62,212 bases of DNA from assembly GCA_919902925.1 (NCBI GenBank), contig CAKKRZ010000068.1:3267-65478 (forward strand). Direction: 5' to 3'. This document shows, piece by piece, positions 47,260 to 56,910 of this stretch (position 1 is its first letter; each line of letters opens with the position of its first letter). Both the position numbers and the translations under genes were made by a program. The notes beneath the pieces were generated by a model. The model was not told where the DNA came from. It saw nothing but the letters and a program-made list of their open reading frames with translations, and ran no database searches. This stretch comes from Acidiferrobacterales bacterium (GTDB lineage Bacteria; Pseudomonadota; Gammaproteobacteria; Acidiferrobacterales; Sulfurifustaceae).

Positions 47260-48876
47260 CTAGGCCTGTCGTCCGCCCGCGGCTGGCAGCCGTAAGACAA
47301 ACATTGCTCCACGCTCTGATGGGCGCAGCTCTACGCGCCCGCCGTGGGCCTCGACCAGTGACCTGACCACGGCGAGGCCGAGCCCGGTGCCACCGCGGTC
47401 CCGCGCAGTGGTAAAGAACGGTTCGAACACTCGTCCGGTGTTGGCCGGCGATATTCCCGGACCATCGTCCGCGACCGTGATGTCGAGATAGCCCGGGGCG
47501 TCCGCGGCCGGTACCGCCGTCATCCGCACGTGCATACCCGCGCCGCCATGCTGGCGTGCATTCTCGAGCAGGTTGGCGACGATGGATTCGAACGTTTCCC
47601 CGGCCATGGCCACGGATACACCCTCGTCGTCGCACTGACATGAAACCTCGAGCCCGAGGCCCCGGTAGCGCTCGCCAACCCGGGCCAGAACCGGGCCGAT
47701 GCGTGTCACCTCGCCACCGGGACGAAGCATGTCGGCGCGCGCCAATTCGAGCAGCCGCCGCACCAGCCGGTCAAGCCGCTCGGTGTTGGCGGAAAGGTTG
47801 TCGAGAAAGCGCCTGCGTTCCTCTGCCGTCATGCCCGCGCCGTGCTCACGCAACAGCTCTACGGCGCCCTGCATCGCGGTGAGCGGGGTCTTGAATTCGT
47901 GCGAGACGTGCGCGGCGAAATCTCGAATATAGTCGGCCCGGTTTTCCAGAGTCCGCGCCAGCGCCGCGACTGCCTCGGACAGGCGCGCGAATTCGAGCGT
48001 ACCGGCATGGGCCAGCGGAGTGACCGCGCCCTTTTCGCCGCGTTGCGCGCGTTCGGTCTGACGGATGATGGCCGCCACCGGCCGGGCGATCGTCAGGGCG
48101 GTGAACAGGGACACCGCGATCACCACCGCGACCAACGCGCCCAGACCGAATAGCAGCGGGACACGGTGCCGGTAGAGCGTCTGCCCGAGGCTCGCCGGCG
48201 TGCGCGCGAGCACCACCGCCCCGAGCACGCGGTCGCGGTGCACAATCGGGGTGGCGACGAACACGCGCACCCCGGTCGAGCGGCTGACGGAAACCAATGC
48301 CGGGTCGGGATTGTCGGTCAACCGCCGACGCAACACGCTGACGTGCTCGCCGGACAGTGCCCGCGCCACCTCCTCGCGCGCCGACAGTGACAGCCCCAGC
48401 TCCTCGCCGGTCGTGGCCACCACCGTCCCATTGGCGTCAACCACGCGAATCGCGGCCAGCGTCACGGCCTGGGCATCGCGCATGAGCACGGTGATCTCGC
48501 GGCCGGCCGCGGCCGCGTGCGCGTCGGGACGAACATCGGTGGGAACCGCCGGGGCGGGCGGCGGCAACACCGGATCGACGGCGAGATCGAGCCTGGCCGG
48601 CCGGGGTCGCCAACGATCGGCGTCCGTGCCGGACAGCGGCTGAGCAGCCAACAGGGGCCTGCCGTGGTGTCGCAGGGCCGTAGGGCGCACGGCGCGCTCG
48701 AGAGCGCGACGATAAGCCGAGGCGACGAAGGCCCCCTGTGCCACCAGTTCCGATTCCGTCTGGCGCACCAGTGCGCTTTCGTAGACGCGCAGCGCCACGA
48801 TGCCGCCCAGCGGCAACAGCAGGATCAGCAAATTGATCGCCAACAAAACCGTGCGCAATCGCGGTGGCGCGCGCAC
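47260..48876 (-). CDS. Sensor histidine kinase (two TM segments, HAMP, HisKA, HATPase), CreC-like by context
   Basis: H-box SHEFKTPLTA and G-box GGTGLGLA. The likely GTG start at 48876 lies just downstream of the regulator stop codon (48881-48883). Confidence 0.8.
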   Translation of the reverse strand: MRAPPRLRTVLLAINLLILLLPLGGIVALRVYESALVRQTESELVAQGAFVASAYRRALERAVRPTALRHHGRPLLAAQPLSGTDADRWRPRPARLDLAVDPVLPPPAPAVPTDVRPDAHAAAAGREITVLMRDAQAVTLAAIRVVDANGTVVATTGEELGLSLSAREEVARALSGEHVSVLRRRLTDNPDPALVSVSRSTGVRVFVATPIVHRDRVLGAVVLARTPASLGQTLYRHRVPLLFGLGALVAVVIAVSLFTALTIARPVAAIIRQTERAQRGEKGAVTPLAHAGTLEFARLSEAVAALARTLENRADYIRDFAAHVSHEFKTPLTAMQGAVELLREHGAGMTAEERRRFLDNLSANTERLDRLVRRLLELARADMLRPGGEVTRIGPVLARVGERYRGLGLEVSCQCDDEGVSVAMAGETFESIVANLLENARQHGGAGMHVRMTAVPAADAPGYLDITVADDGPGISPANTGRVFEPFFTTARDRGGTGLGLAVVRSLVEAHGGRVELRPSERGAMFVLRLPAAGGRQA

Positions 48877-48880
48877 GGGT

Positions 48881-49567
48881 TCAGCAATTCCCGAGCTTGT
48901 AGCCGACGCCGTGCACGGTTTCGACCGGATCGGCGCCGGCGGCCGCGAGCTTGGCACGCAGGCGCCGCACATGGCTGTCCACGGTCCGGTCGCTCACGAC
49001 GTTGTGAAAATCATAGGCGGCACCGATCAGTTCCTCGCGCGAATACACCTTGCCCGGGCGCCGCAACAGCGTGCGCAGTATGCCGAACTCGGTCACCGTC
49101 AGCGTGACTTCCGTCTCCGCCCACCAGACCTTGAACCGCTCGGCATCCAGCCGGAGCCGTCCGTGCGTCAATACCGGCGAATCCCCTTCGGTAACCGCCG
49201 ACGTGCCACGCCGCAACACCGCCCTCACGCGCGCCACCAGTTCGCGCGGGCTGAAAGGCTTGGTCACATAGTCATCGCCGCCGAGCTCGAGCCCGAGTAT
49301 CCGGTCCACCTCGTCATCGCGCGAGGACAAGAACACGATGGGAGTGGCGTGATCGCGGCGCAATCGCCTGCAGACCTCGGTTCCGTCCATCTCCGGCATC
49401 AGGATATCGAGCACGATCAGGTCCGGTCGCTCGGCGGCGTGGCGTTCCAGCGCCTGCGCGCCGTTGGCCGCCTCGCCTACGCTGAAACCGTCCTTCTCCA
49501 GGGCGAAGCGCAATACCTCGCGGATATGGGGATCGTCGTCGACGATGAGAATTTTCGGCATGGCCAT
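48881..49567 (-). CDS. OmpR-family response regulator, CreB-like by context
   Basis: Receiver domain (ILIVDDD, DLIVLDILMPEMDG) and a winged-helix C-terminus (TVHGVGYKL). Confidence 0.88.
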   Translation of the reverse strand: MAMPKILIVDDDPHIREVLRFALEKDGFSVGEAANGAQALERHAAERPDLIVLDILMPEMDGTEVCRRLRRDHATPIVFLSSRDDEVDRILGLELGGDDYVTKPFSPRELVARVRAVLRRGTSAVTEGDSPVLTHGRLRLDAERFKVWWAETEVTLTVTEFGILRTLLRRPGKVYSREELIGAAYDFHNVVSDRTVDSHVRRLRAKLAAAGADPVETVHGVGYKLGNC

Positions 49568-49770
49568 CGGTCCTGCGCCGATGCTAAACGAGGAATGGCC
49601 CGGCGAGAAGCCGCACACGGGGCGGAAGCCGCCGGCACCGCGGTTTGCACAGAATCGGCACCATCATTCCTCCATCCCGCCACGGCCCGGACATGCCCGC
49701 GCCGCACGGACCCGCCATTCTTCCCGGGACAGGTCGCCGATCCTTCAGTAAGCCATACCGGGAGAACATC

Positions 49771-51009
49771 ATGCTCAAAAAAATACTCGCCATAGCCGTT
49801 ATTTTCATCTGCACCTCGATCGCCTGGATGATCCTGGGCGGCACTCTGTTCGCACGTACCTACGTCGCGGACTCCAGCCTCAAAAACCGGGTCCAGCGCA
49901 TCTGGGGCGGACCCCAAGTGCAGACCGCACCCAGAATGAACTACACCACCGAGGGAACGCGCCAGGAGGAAACCCAGATCGACGGCAAAACGGTGACCAG
50001 GACGGTCAAACACACCGTGACGCATTTCCTGCCGCTCATGGGCAGCGACATCAAGGCCGGGTTGCGGCTGGAACACCGGCAGAAGGGCCTGCTCTGGTAC
50101 GCCACCTACGCGGTGAGATTCTCAGGTGCCTACCAGTTCCAAAACAACACCGGGCAGGACCGGCTGCTGACCGTGTCATTCCCCTTTCCGTCGCAAACAT
50201 CGATCTACGACGGTTTCACCATGACGGTTCGCAATTCCGGCTGGGTCAGAAAACCCGAGTCCGCGGATGGCCAGATCAACGGCGTGGTCCTGGTGCGCGC
50301 CGGCGAAACCGTCACGGTGGATGTGGCCTACGGTTCGCAGGGCATGGACCGCTGGAGCTACCGCCTGACCACGACGGACAAGGTGGCGGAGTTGCGGAAT
50401 TTCCGCCTTGAAATCCAGACGGACTTCGACGCCATCGATTTCCCGGAAGACACCATCTCGCCCATGCGCAAGGAAAGAACGTCCGACGGCTGGCGGCTCA
50501 CCTGGCGCTACACAAACCTGCTCTCCGGGGCGAACATCGGTGTGCACATGCCGCAGAAACTGCAACCGGGACCGCTCGCCGCCGAGATCAGCTTCTTCGC
50601 TCCGGTATCGCTGTTTTTCTTCTTCGTCGTGATGCTCGTCATCACGCTGGTACGCCGTATCGAACTCCACCCGATGCACTACTTCTTCCTCTCGTCGGCG
50701 TTCTTCGCCTTCCACCTGTTGCTCGCCTACTTGGTGGACCACGTCTCCATCCACCTCGCGTTTGCCGCCGCCTCGCTGGTGTCGGTGGCGCTGGTCGTCA
50801 GCTACCTGCGCATTGTCACCGGTGCGCGCTTTGCCTTCGTCGAGGCGGCCACGGCCCAGCTGGTGTACCTCGTCCTGTTCTCCTACGCCTTCTTCTTCAG
50901 GGGCTTCACGGGACTGGCGATCACCCTTGGGGCGATCCTGACGCTGTTCGTGCTCATGCAGATGACGGCTCGCATCCGCTGGAACGAAGTATTCGCAAAA
51001 CGGGCGTGA
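49771..51009 (+). CDS. creD: CreD-family inner membrane protein
   Basis: N-terminal TM, a large periplasmic region and a C-terminal helix bundle. IELHPMHYFFLSSAFFAFHLLLAYL resembles E. coli CreD RLHPMQYLLVGLSLVMFYLLLLAL. Confidence 0.75.
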   Translation: MLKKILAIAVIFICTSIAWMILGGTLFARTYVADSSLKNRVQRIWGGPQVQTAPRMNYTTEGTRQEETQIDGKTVTRTVKHTVTHFLPLMGSDIKAGLRLEHRQKGLLWYATYAVRFSGAYQFQNNTGQDRLLTVSFPFPSQTSIYDGFTMTVRNSGWVRKPESADGQINGVVLVRAGETVTVDVAYGSQGMDRWSYRLTTTDKVAELRNFRLEIQTDFDAIDFPEDTISPMRKERTSDGWRLTWRYTNLLSGANIGVHMPQKLQPGPLAAEISFFAPVSLFFFFVVMLVITLVRRIELHPMHYFFLSSAFFAFHLLLAYLVDHVSIHLAFAAASLVSVALVVSYLRIVTGARFAFVEAATAQLVYLVLFSYAFFFRGFTGLAITLGAILTLFVLMQMTARIRWNEVFAKRA

Positions 51010-51081
51010 GCCGGATGGCGGCGCGGGATGGTGCCGGAACAACCCGGTCATGTCCCCGGCGCCGGAACCGCTACGGCGGGG

Positions 51082-52386
51082 CTACCCGCGCATACAGGCT
51101 TCGATGTCGGCGACGGTCTTGGGGGCATCGACGGTCAGCACCTCGCTGCCGTCGCGGGTGACGAGCACGTCGTCCTCGATGCGGATGCCGATGTTCCACC
51201 AGCGTTTGTCCACGTCGGCGCCGCCCTCGGCGATGTACAGGCCGGGTTCGACGGTCAGCGTCATGCCGGGTTCGAGTTCGCGCCAGGTGCCATCGATCTT
51301 GTAATCGCCCACGTCGTGCACGTCCATGCCGAGCCAGTGGCCGGTGCGGTGCATGTAAAAGCGCTTGTAGTCGCCCTTTTCGATGTGGCCTTCAACGTCA
51401 CCGGTGAGGATTTTGAGGTCTTTCAAACCCTGGGTGAGGGTGCGCACGGCCTTTTCATGCGGTTCGTTCCAGTGCTTGCCGGCGCGCACGTGGTCGATGG
51501 CCGCCAGCTGGGCGGCCAGCACGATCTCGTAGACGGCGCGTTGTTCGCCGCTGTACTTGCCGTTGACCGGGAAGGTGCGGGTGAGGTCGGCGGCGTAGGC
51601 ATCGACCTCGGCGCCGGCGTCGATCAGCAGCAGATCGCCGCTGCGCAGCTCGTCGCGGTTGTCGATGTAGTGCAGCACGCAGGCGTTGCGCCCACCGCCG
51701 ACGATCGGCGGATAGGCCGTGTACTCCGAGCCGCCCTTGCGGAATTCGTGCAGCAGCTCGGCCTCGACCTCGTATTCCATCAGGCCGGGTTTGCAGACGC
51801 GCATGGCGCGACGGTGGGCGGCGGCGGTGATGCGCGCCGCGCGCTTCATGAGCTTGATCTCCTCCGGACGCTTGATGAGGCGCATCTCGTGCAGGATGTG
51901 GTTGAGATCGACAAACTCGCCCGGGGCATGCACGCCGTTGCGGGCCTTGCCGCGCACCTCGTTGACCCAGCCGAGCAGGCGCTGGTCGAAATCGCGGAAC
52001 CGGCCCATGCTGTAAAAAACCTTTTCGCGGTTCTCCAGCAGGCCGGGCAGAATCTCGTCGATATCGTCGATCGGGAAGGCATCGTCGGCGCCGTAGTGCT
52101 CGCGCGCGCCGTCGAAACCGGCACGGCGGCCGTCCCAGATTTCCTTTTCCGGGTTGTTCTCGCGGCAGAACAGGATGAACTCGCCGTGCGCGCGGCCCGG
52201 CACCAGTACCGCCACCGCCTCCGGCTCCGGAAAATGCGTGAGGTAATAAAAGTCGCTGTCCGGCCGGTAGAGATACTGCACGTCGCGGTTACGGGTCTGC
52301 ACCGGCGCGGTCGGGAGGATCGCCACCCCGCTGCCCATCATCCGCATGACTTCCTGGCGGCGTTTGACGAATGCCTTCATGTCCAT
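51082..52386 (-). CDS. pepP: Xaa-Pro aminopeptidase
   Basis: M24B motifs DAGAEVDAYAADLTRT, HRTGHWLGMDVHD and EPG.Y. Start at 52386, 52380 or 52395. Confidence 0.9.
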   Translation of the reverse strand: MDMKAFVKRRQEVMRMMGSGVAILPTAPVQTRNRDVQYLYRPDSDFYYLTHFPEPEAVAVLVPGRAHGEFILFCRENNPEKEIWDGRRAGFDGAREHYGADDAFPIDDIDEILPGLLENREKVFYSMGRFRDFDQRLLGWVNEVRGKARNGVHAPGEFVDLNHILHEMRLIKRPEEIKLMKRAARITAAAHRRAMRVCKPGLMEYEVEAELLHEFRKGGSEYTAYPPIVGGGRNACVLHYIDNRDELRSGDLLLIDAGAEVDAYAADLTRTFPVNGKYSGEQRAVYEIVLAAQLAAIDHVRAGKHWNEPHEKAVRTLTQGLKDLKILTGDVEGHIEKGDYKRFYMHRTGHWLGMDVHDVGDYKIDGTWRELEPGMTLTVEPGLYIAEGGADVDKRWWNIGIRIEDDVLVTRDGSEVLTVDAPKTVADIEACMRG

Positions 52387-52589
52387 ACCGGGCATTATGC
52401 CAGAGAGAAAACCGGTCCGGCGACGACCCAGGCGCCCGACAGGCGGCGGCATCGGCGATACGGGCGGGTACGGTGGCTCACGGAATGCTGCCGGCTTCGA
52501 CTAGAATCAATCCCTGACGGCTCCTTAGTGGCGTCGACTTTGAACGAAAAACCTTTCTAAAACTATCCCGTTTCAACCAGGAGGACTGC

Positions 52590-52997
52590 ATGCAAAGCTT
52601 CCGTCGTTTAGCCAAACCCGTATCCTATGCCCTGATCACCGGCGTGCTGGCGCTGTCCCTGCACGGCCCGGCCGCCCGCGCGGCCATGGTCAGCACCGAC
52701 CAGATCGTCGGCGCCCAGCAGTCACAGCAGGACCGCAGCAAGGTGGTCGCCCTGCTGACCCGCGAAGACGTGAAAACCGCCCTGTCCTCCCGCGGCGTGA
52801 GCACGGCCGACGTGCAGGCGCGCGTCGATGCCATGACCGACCAGGAAGTGCACGCGCTGGCCACCAAGCTCGACCAGATGCCGGCCGGCGGCGACGCCCT
52901 CGGCGTGCTGGTGCTGGTCTTCATCATCCTGCTGATCACGGACGCGATGGGCATTACCGACATCTTCCCGTTCGTGAAGAAGCCGGCGCGTCGCTGA
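52590..52997 (+). CDS. PA2779-family small exported protein with C-terminal hydrophobic segment
   Basis: 135 aa. Has a signal peptide, a soluble middle region, and then PAGGDALGVLVLVFIILLITDAMGI. Paired with a PA2778-type peptidase. Confidence 0.65.
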   Translation: MQSFRRLAKPVSYALITGVLALSLHGPAARAAMVSTDQIVGAQQSQQDRSKVVALLTREDVKTALSSRGVSTADVQARVDAMTDQEVHALATKLDQMPAGGDALGVLVLVFIILLITDAMGITDIFPFVKKPARR

Positions 52998-53009
52998 CGC
53001 GAACAGTCG

Positions 53010-54068
53010 TTGACGGCTGAATTCCGTCTACAGGCCGCACACCTTCGGGCGTGCGGCCTTTTGTTTGCCCTGCTGGCACTGGCCGGCTGCGCCAGTTCCA
53101 TCCCGCAGACCGAGCGGGTGCTGGCCGACGCGCACGCCTACCCGAAACCGGTCGAGCTCGCCACCGTCCCGTTCTATCCGCAGGAGGCCTACCAGTGCGG
53201 GCCGGCCGCGCTCGCCATGCTCTTGCAGGTCGCGGGCGTGGACATCTCGCCCGAGCAACTGGTGCCGCAGGTCTATCTGCCCTCGCGCGAGGGCAGTTTG
53301 CAAATCGAGATGCTGGCCGCGGCCCGCCGCCAGGGGCGCGTGCCGTACGTGCTGTCGCCGCACCTGGAGACGCTGCTGACCGAAGTCGCCTCCGGGCACC
53401 CGGTGCTGGTGCTGCAGAACCTCGGCCTGTCCTGGTATCCGAAATGGCACTACGCGGTCGTGGTCGGGTTCAATCTGCCGCAGGGCGAACTCATCCTGCG
53501 CTCCGGGCTGGAGGCCCGCCACGTCGTACCGCTGGCCACCTTCGAGCGCACCTGGGCGCGCGGCCGGCACTGGGCGGTCGTGATCCTGCCGCCCGGGCGA
53601 CTGCCCCAAACCGCCGAAGAAACGCCCTACCTCGCCGCGGTCGTGCCGCTGGAACGGCTCAAGCACTGGCGCGAGGCCAGCCAGTCTTATGAAGCGGCCC
53701 TGAAGCGCTGGCCGAAAAGTCTGGCCGCCATGCTCGGTCTCGGCAACAGCCACTACGCGCAGGGAGAGAAGTGCGAAGCGCTGTGGGCATTCCGCCGCGC
53801 CGCCCGCGAACACCCGGGCTCGGCGGCGGCGCACAATAATATGGCGCACGTCATGGCCGAATTGGGCGATCTGCACAACGCCGAAAAGGCGGCGTTGCGC
53901 GCCGTGGAACTGGAGGGCGACAAACAACCCATTTACCGGCAAACGCTGGACGACATCCGCCGGCAGTTGGCCGAGAGTGCGCCGGGGAAAACACCCCGCG
54001 TCAGTTGTCCGGAGCCTGCCGGTATTCGTCGTAAATCAGTTGCGCACCGGCGCGCAGATATTCGATAA
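53010..54068 (+). CDS. PA2778-family (C39-like) cysteine peptidase lipoprotein with TPR repeats
   Basis: Lipobox LLALAGC, a papain-like/C39 signature YQCGPAALAMLL and a later His, and C-terminal TPR-like repeats. The 3' end overlaps convergent ygfB by 68 nt. Confidence 0.7.
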   Translation: MTAEFRLQAAHLRACGLLFALLALAGCASSIPQTERVLADAHAYPKPVELATVPFYPQEAYQCGPAALAMLLQVAGVDISPEQLVPQVYLPSREGSLQIEMLAAARRQGRVPYVLSPHLETLLTEVASGHPVLVLQNLGLSWYPKWHYAVVVGFNLPQGELILRSGLEARHVVPLATFERTWARGRHWAVVILPPGRLPQTAEETPYLAAVVPLERLKHWREASQSYEAALKRWPKSLAAMLGLGNSHYAQGEKCEALWAFRRAAREHPGSAAAHNNMAHVMAELGDLHNAEKAALRAVELEGDKQPIYRQTLDDIRRQLAESAPGKTPRVSCPEPAGIRRKSVAHRRADIR

Positions 54069-54579
54069 GTTCGGCCAGCGCCCGCGCCTCTTCTTCATCA
54101 GTGGCCTCGGGGTTCGCTTCGGCCTCGCCCAGCAGCATCAGGTCCTTCATGAATTCCCCGACCTCGCCGGACAGTCCGCGGATGTTGCGCAGACCGCCGC
54201 CGATCAGCCCGTCCAGGAACCCCCGGCACCAATCGCCGAGCGCGCCGGCATCGACATCGTCGTCCGCGCCGGGCAGGAGTGGCTCAAAACTGAACTGCGC
54301 GTCGTCCAGCCGCGCCTGGCAGTCGCGGGCCAGGCGGGCGATGGCCTGCTCCAGCTGGCCGTCGCTGCCCCCGGGTTCGTCGCGAAACAGCAGCGCTGCC
54401 CCGGATGCGCCGCGCCCGCCGGTCGCGCACACAAAACCCGCCACCCGGCCGTGCACCTCGGCCGCGCTCAGCTCCGCGCCGGCATCGTGCAGCAGGCGGT
54501 CGAGCTCATCGTAGTCGGGGGCGGGTTGCGGGTTCACGCCGGAGGGACGTTGCGGACTTGGGATCGAACAGTGTACCAC
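54001..54579 (-). CDS. ygfB: UPF0149 family protein YgfB
   Basis: General YgfB-like sequence (EVHG...GF.CA, DWC.GFL.G) at the conserved position next to pepP. The exact start is uncertain. Confidence 0.8.
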   Translation of the reverse strand: MVHCSIPSPQRPSGVNPQPAPDYDELDRLLHDAGAELSAAEVHGRVAGFVCATGGRGASGAALLFRDEPGGSDGQLEQAIARLARDCQARLDDAQFSFEPLLPGADDDVDAGALGDWCRGFLDGLIGGGLRNIRGLSGEVGEFMKDLMLLGEAEANPEATDEEEARALAELIEYLRAGAQLIYDEYRQAPDN

Positions 54580-54661
54580 CCGCCACGCCGGCCGCCGCGT
54601 TGACCCCGGCCCCGCACCTACCTAATATAGATGCCCGGCTATCCTGATTAACGGCTCCACC

Positions 54662-54874
54662 GTGGCCAGCGACGACATCAAACGACTCGAAAGCCGGATC
54701 GACGATCTCATCTCCGTGGTTGAAAAACTGCGGAACGAGAACAATCAGCTTTACAACCAGCACTCCACCCTGACCAATCGTCACACACGGCTGGCGGAAA
54801 AAACCAAATTGGCGCGCGAGCGCATCGAGGCGATGATCGGTCGCCTCAAAGCCTTGGAACGAAGCGGACCGTGA
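54662..54874 (+). CDS. Small coiled-coil protein (TIGR02449/ZapB-like) preceding zapA
   Basis: 70 aa with a GTG start and heptad-rich sequence LESRIDDLISVVEKLRNEN. Overlaps the zapA start by 4 nt. Confidence 0.7.
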   Translation: MASDDIKRLESRIDDLISVVEKLRNENNQLYNQHSTLTNRHTRLAEKTKLARERIEAMIGRLKALERSGP

Positions 54875-55182
54875 AAGATACTGCCAACGGCTTGTCCGTC
54901 CACATCGGCGGCAAGGAATTCATGGTGGCCTGCCCGGAAGGCCAGCGCGAACAGCTGCGCCGCGCCGCCACTTACCTCGACAAGGCCATGCGCGAGATCC
55001 AGGCCACCGGCAAGGTCCTCGGCACCGAGCGCGCGGCGGTCATGGCGGCGCTCAACATCGCCAACGAACTGATCGAACTGCGCGATCACGGCGGGCTGCC
55101 GCCGGATGTGTCGCAACGGTTACACCAGTTGCAGGTCAAGATCGACGCCGCGCTGAGCGGCGATGGACAGTCCCGCCAATAG
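54871..55182 (+). CDS. zapA: Cell division protein ZapA
   Basis: 103 aa. V.IGGKEF.VACPEGQ...L..AA.YLD matches the ZapA fold. Followed by 6S RNA, as in E. coli. Confidence 0.88.
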   Translation: MKDTANGLSVHIGGKEFMVACPEGQREQLRRAATYLDKAMREIQATGKVLGTERAAVMAALNIANELIELRDHGGLPPDVSQRLHQLQVKIDAALSGDGQSRQ

Positions 55183-55196
55183 GTATATTATATTTA

Positions 55197-55388
55197 CGCG
55201 TCCCCTGCGGTGCGCGTGTTGTGCCAGATATCCCGTGGACCTATAAGTCATAAGCTCGGGGGTCGGTGTGGTACCCGGTGTGCAAGCCCACCTCGAGTGG
55301 GAAGCCTGAAGGGTCCCGAAGACCTGCCAATCTTGAACCTTCGGTTCAAGGATGACGGTGCACACGGCACTCGCGGAGGGCGTCTTAT
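55197..55388 (+). ncRNA. ssrS: 6S RNA
   Basis: Lies between zapA and the 5-FCL ligase gene, matching E. coli zapA-ssrS-ygfA. The 5' arm TCCCCTGCGGTGCGCGTGTTGTGCC pairs with the 3' arm GGTGCACACGGCACTCGCGGAGGG. The conserved CUUGAACC..GGUUCAAGG hairpin is present. Confidence 0.85.
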
Positions 55389-55410
55389 CTTCCCGCACGC
55401 CAATACCATC

Positions 55411-56016
55411 GTGTCCACCGCCTCCCGCAAGAACGAACTGCGCCAACAACTGCGCGATCGGCGCCTGGCGCTGGACGAAGACAGCCAGGCGATCGCCGCC
55501 GCGCAACTGGCCGAGCGCGTCGCCCGCCAGCCGGCATTCCGCCGCGCCCGCCGCCTGGCCGCCTACTTCGCCCACGACGGCGAGATCGATCCATTCCCGA
55601 TCCTCGAACGTGCCTGGGCGCTCGGCAAGCACTGTTACCTGCCGGTGCTGTCGCGCGTGCGCAGCGACCGCCTGTGGTTCGCCCCCTGGACCCCCGCCAG
55701 TCGCTTCCGGCTTAATCGTTTTGGCATTCCCGAACCGATGGTGACCGCGCGCCAGCTGGTCCGCGCCCAGGAACTCGACCTGCTGTTGTTGCCGCTGGTG
55801 GCCTTCGATCACGAGGGTCGGCGGCTCGGCATGGGTGGCGGGTTTTACGACCGCAGCCTGGCCTTTCTGCGCCAGCGCCGGCACTGGCACAAACCGGCGG
55901 TGCTCGGCCTGGCCCACGATTTCCAGCGCTGCGAGCGCCTGCCGGCGGACGATTGGGACATACCGCTGGCCGGAATTGTCACGGACCGAGACTGGTACGC
56001 CGCCGGCCCCGCCTGA
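55411..56016 (+). CDS. ygfA: 5-formyltetrahydrofolate cyclo-ligase
   Basis: About 201 aa from GTG 55411. Has GMGGGFYDR and the D.P.. tail motifs. The track ORF start at 55210 would run through the 6S RNA. Confidence 0.85.
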   Translation: MSTASRKNELRQQLRDRRLALDEDSQAIAAAQLAERVARQPAFRRARRLAAYFAHDGEIDPFPILERAWALGKHCYLPVLSRVRSDRLWFAPWTPASRFRLNRFGIPEPMVTARQLVRAQELDLLLLPLVAFDHEGRRLGMGGGFYDRSLAFLRQRRHWHKPAVLGLAHDFQRCERLPADDWDIPLAGIVTDRDWYAAGPA

Positions 56017-56055
56017 GCCGCGTATACTCATCCTCCGCCAACACCAACGCATGCC

Positions 56056-56880
56056 ATGAAAGTCCTCGTCATCGGCGATGTCATGGGCCCTCCCGGCCGG
56101 CGCGTACTCCGTGCCGCCCTGCCGGCCCTGCGCGCCACCCACCAGCCCGATCTGGTCATCGCCAATGCCGAAAACATCGCCGGCGGCGCGGGCGTTACGC
56201 CGGCGACCGCGCAGGAACTGTTCGATGCCGGCGTCGACGTGCTCACCAACGGCAACCACGCCTGGGACAAACCCGAGGCCATCGACTACATCCGCCGCGA
56301 ACCGCGCCTGCTGCGCCCGCACAATTACCCCAAGAGTACGCCGGGCAGCGGCTGGCTGGTCGCCACCACCGCGCGCGGCGAGCGCGTGGGCGTGCTCAAC
56401 CTGCTCGGCGCCGTCTTCATGCACCCGCACCTCGCCTGCCCGTTCCGCAGCGCCGATCGCGTGCTGGCCGAAAAACCGGACGACGTGAAAACGGTGATCG
56501 TCGATTTTCATGCCGAGGCCACCAGCGAAAAAGCGGCGCTGGCCTACTACCTGGACGGGCGTGTCAGCGCCGTGCTCGGCACCCACACCCACGTGCCCAC
56601 CGCCGACGAGCAGATTCTGCCCAGGGGCACGGCCTACCAGACCGATCTCGGCATGACCGGCTGTTGCGGTTCGGTGATCGGGCTTGACGTGGACAAGGCC
56701 ATCGCCCGTTTCGTGCAGAAACTTCCCTTCGCCTACGACCTGGCCGAGGGTCCGGCCTCGCTGTGCGGCGCACTGATCGACGTTGACGAAATCAGCGGGC
56801 GCGCCCGCTCCATCGTGCGCGTGCGCAGCGACGAGGCCGATCTTCAACAGGCACAGAAGCCCGCGCGGCGTCACGCCTGA
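56056..56880 (+). CDS. YmdB-like (TIGR00282) metallophosphoesterase
   Basis: MKVLVIGDVMG, NAENIAGG, GNH and DFHAEATSEK calcineurin-like motifs. Confidence 0.82.
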   Translation: MKVLVIGDVMGPPGRRVLRAALPALRATHQPDLVIANAENIAGGAGVTPATAQELFDAGVDVLTNGNHAWDKPEAIDYIRREPRLLRPHNYPKSTPGSGWLVATTARGERVGVLNLLGAVFMHPHLACPFRSADRVLAEKPDDVKTVIVDFHAEATSEKAALAYYLDGRVSAVLGTHTHVPTADEQILPRGTAYQTDLGMTGCCGSVIGLDVDKAIARFVQKLPFAYDLAEGPASLCGALIDVDEISGRARSIVRVRSDEADLQQAQKPARRHA

Positions 56881-56910
56881 CCCGGGCCACGACTCGCCAC
56901 GGAACAGCGC

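Noticed and set aside
47260-51009. CreBC-like two-component system plus CreD as something unusual
   Set aside because: The gene content matches the known cre regulon core. Only the divergent orientation of creD differs from E. coli, which I do not consider noteworthy without comparative data.
53010-54579. 68-nt convergent overlap between the PA2778-like gene and ygfB as evidence of a frameshift or pseudogene
   Set aside because: Both ORFs are full length with intact motifs. The overlap involves only the low-complexity C-terminal tail of the peptidase and is compatible with normal convergent genes.
55210-55410. 5' part of the track ORF 55210-56016
   Set aside because: This stretch is the 6S RNA gene, given the conserved zapA-ssrS-ygfA context and the closing-stem and hairpin structure. 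The cyclo-ligase most plausibly starts at GTG 55411.
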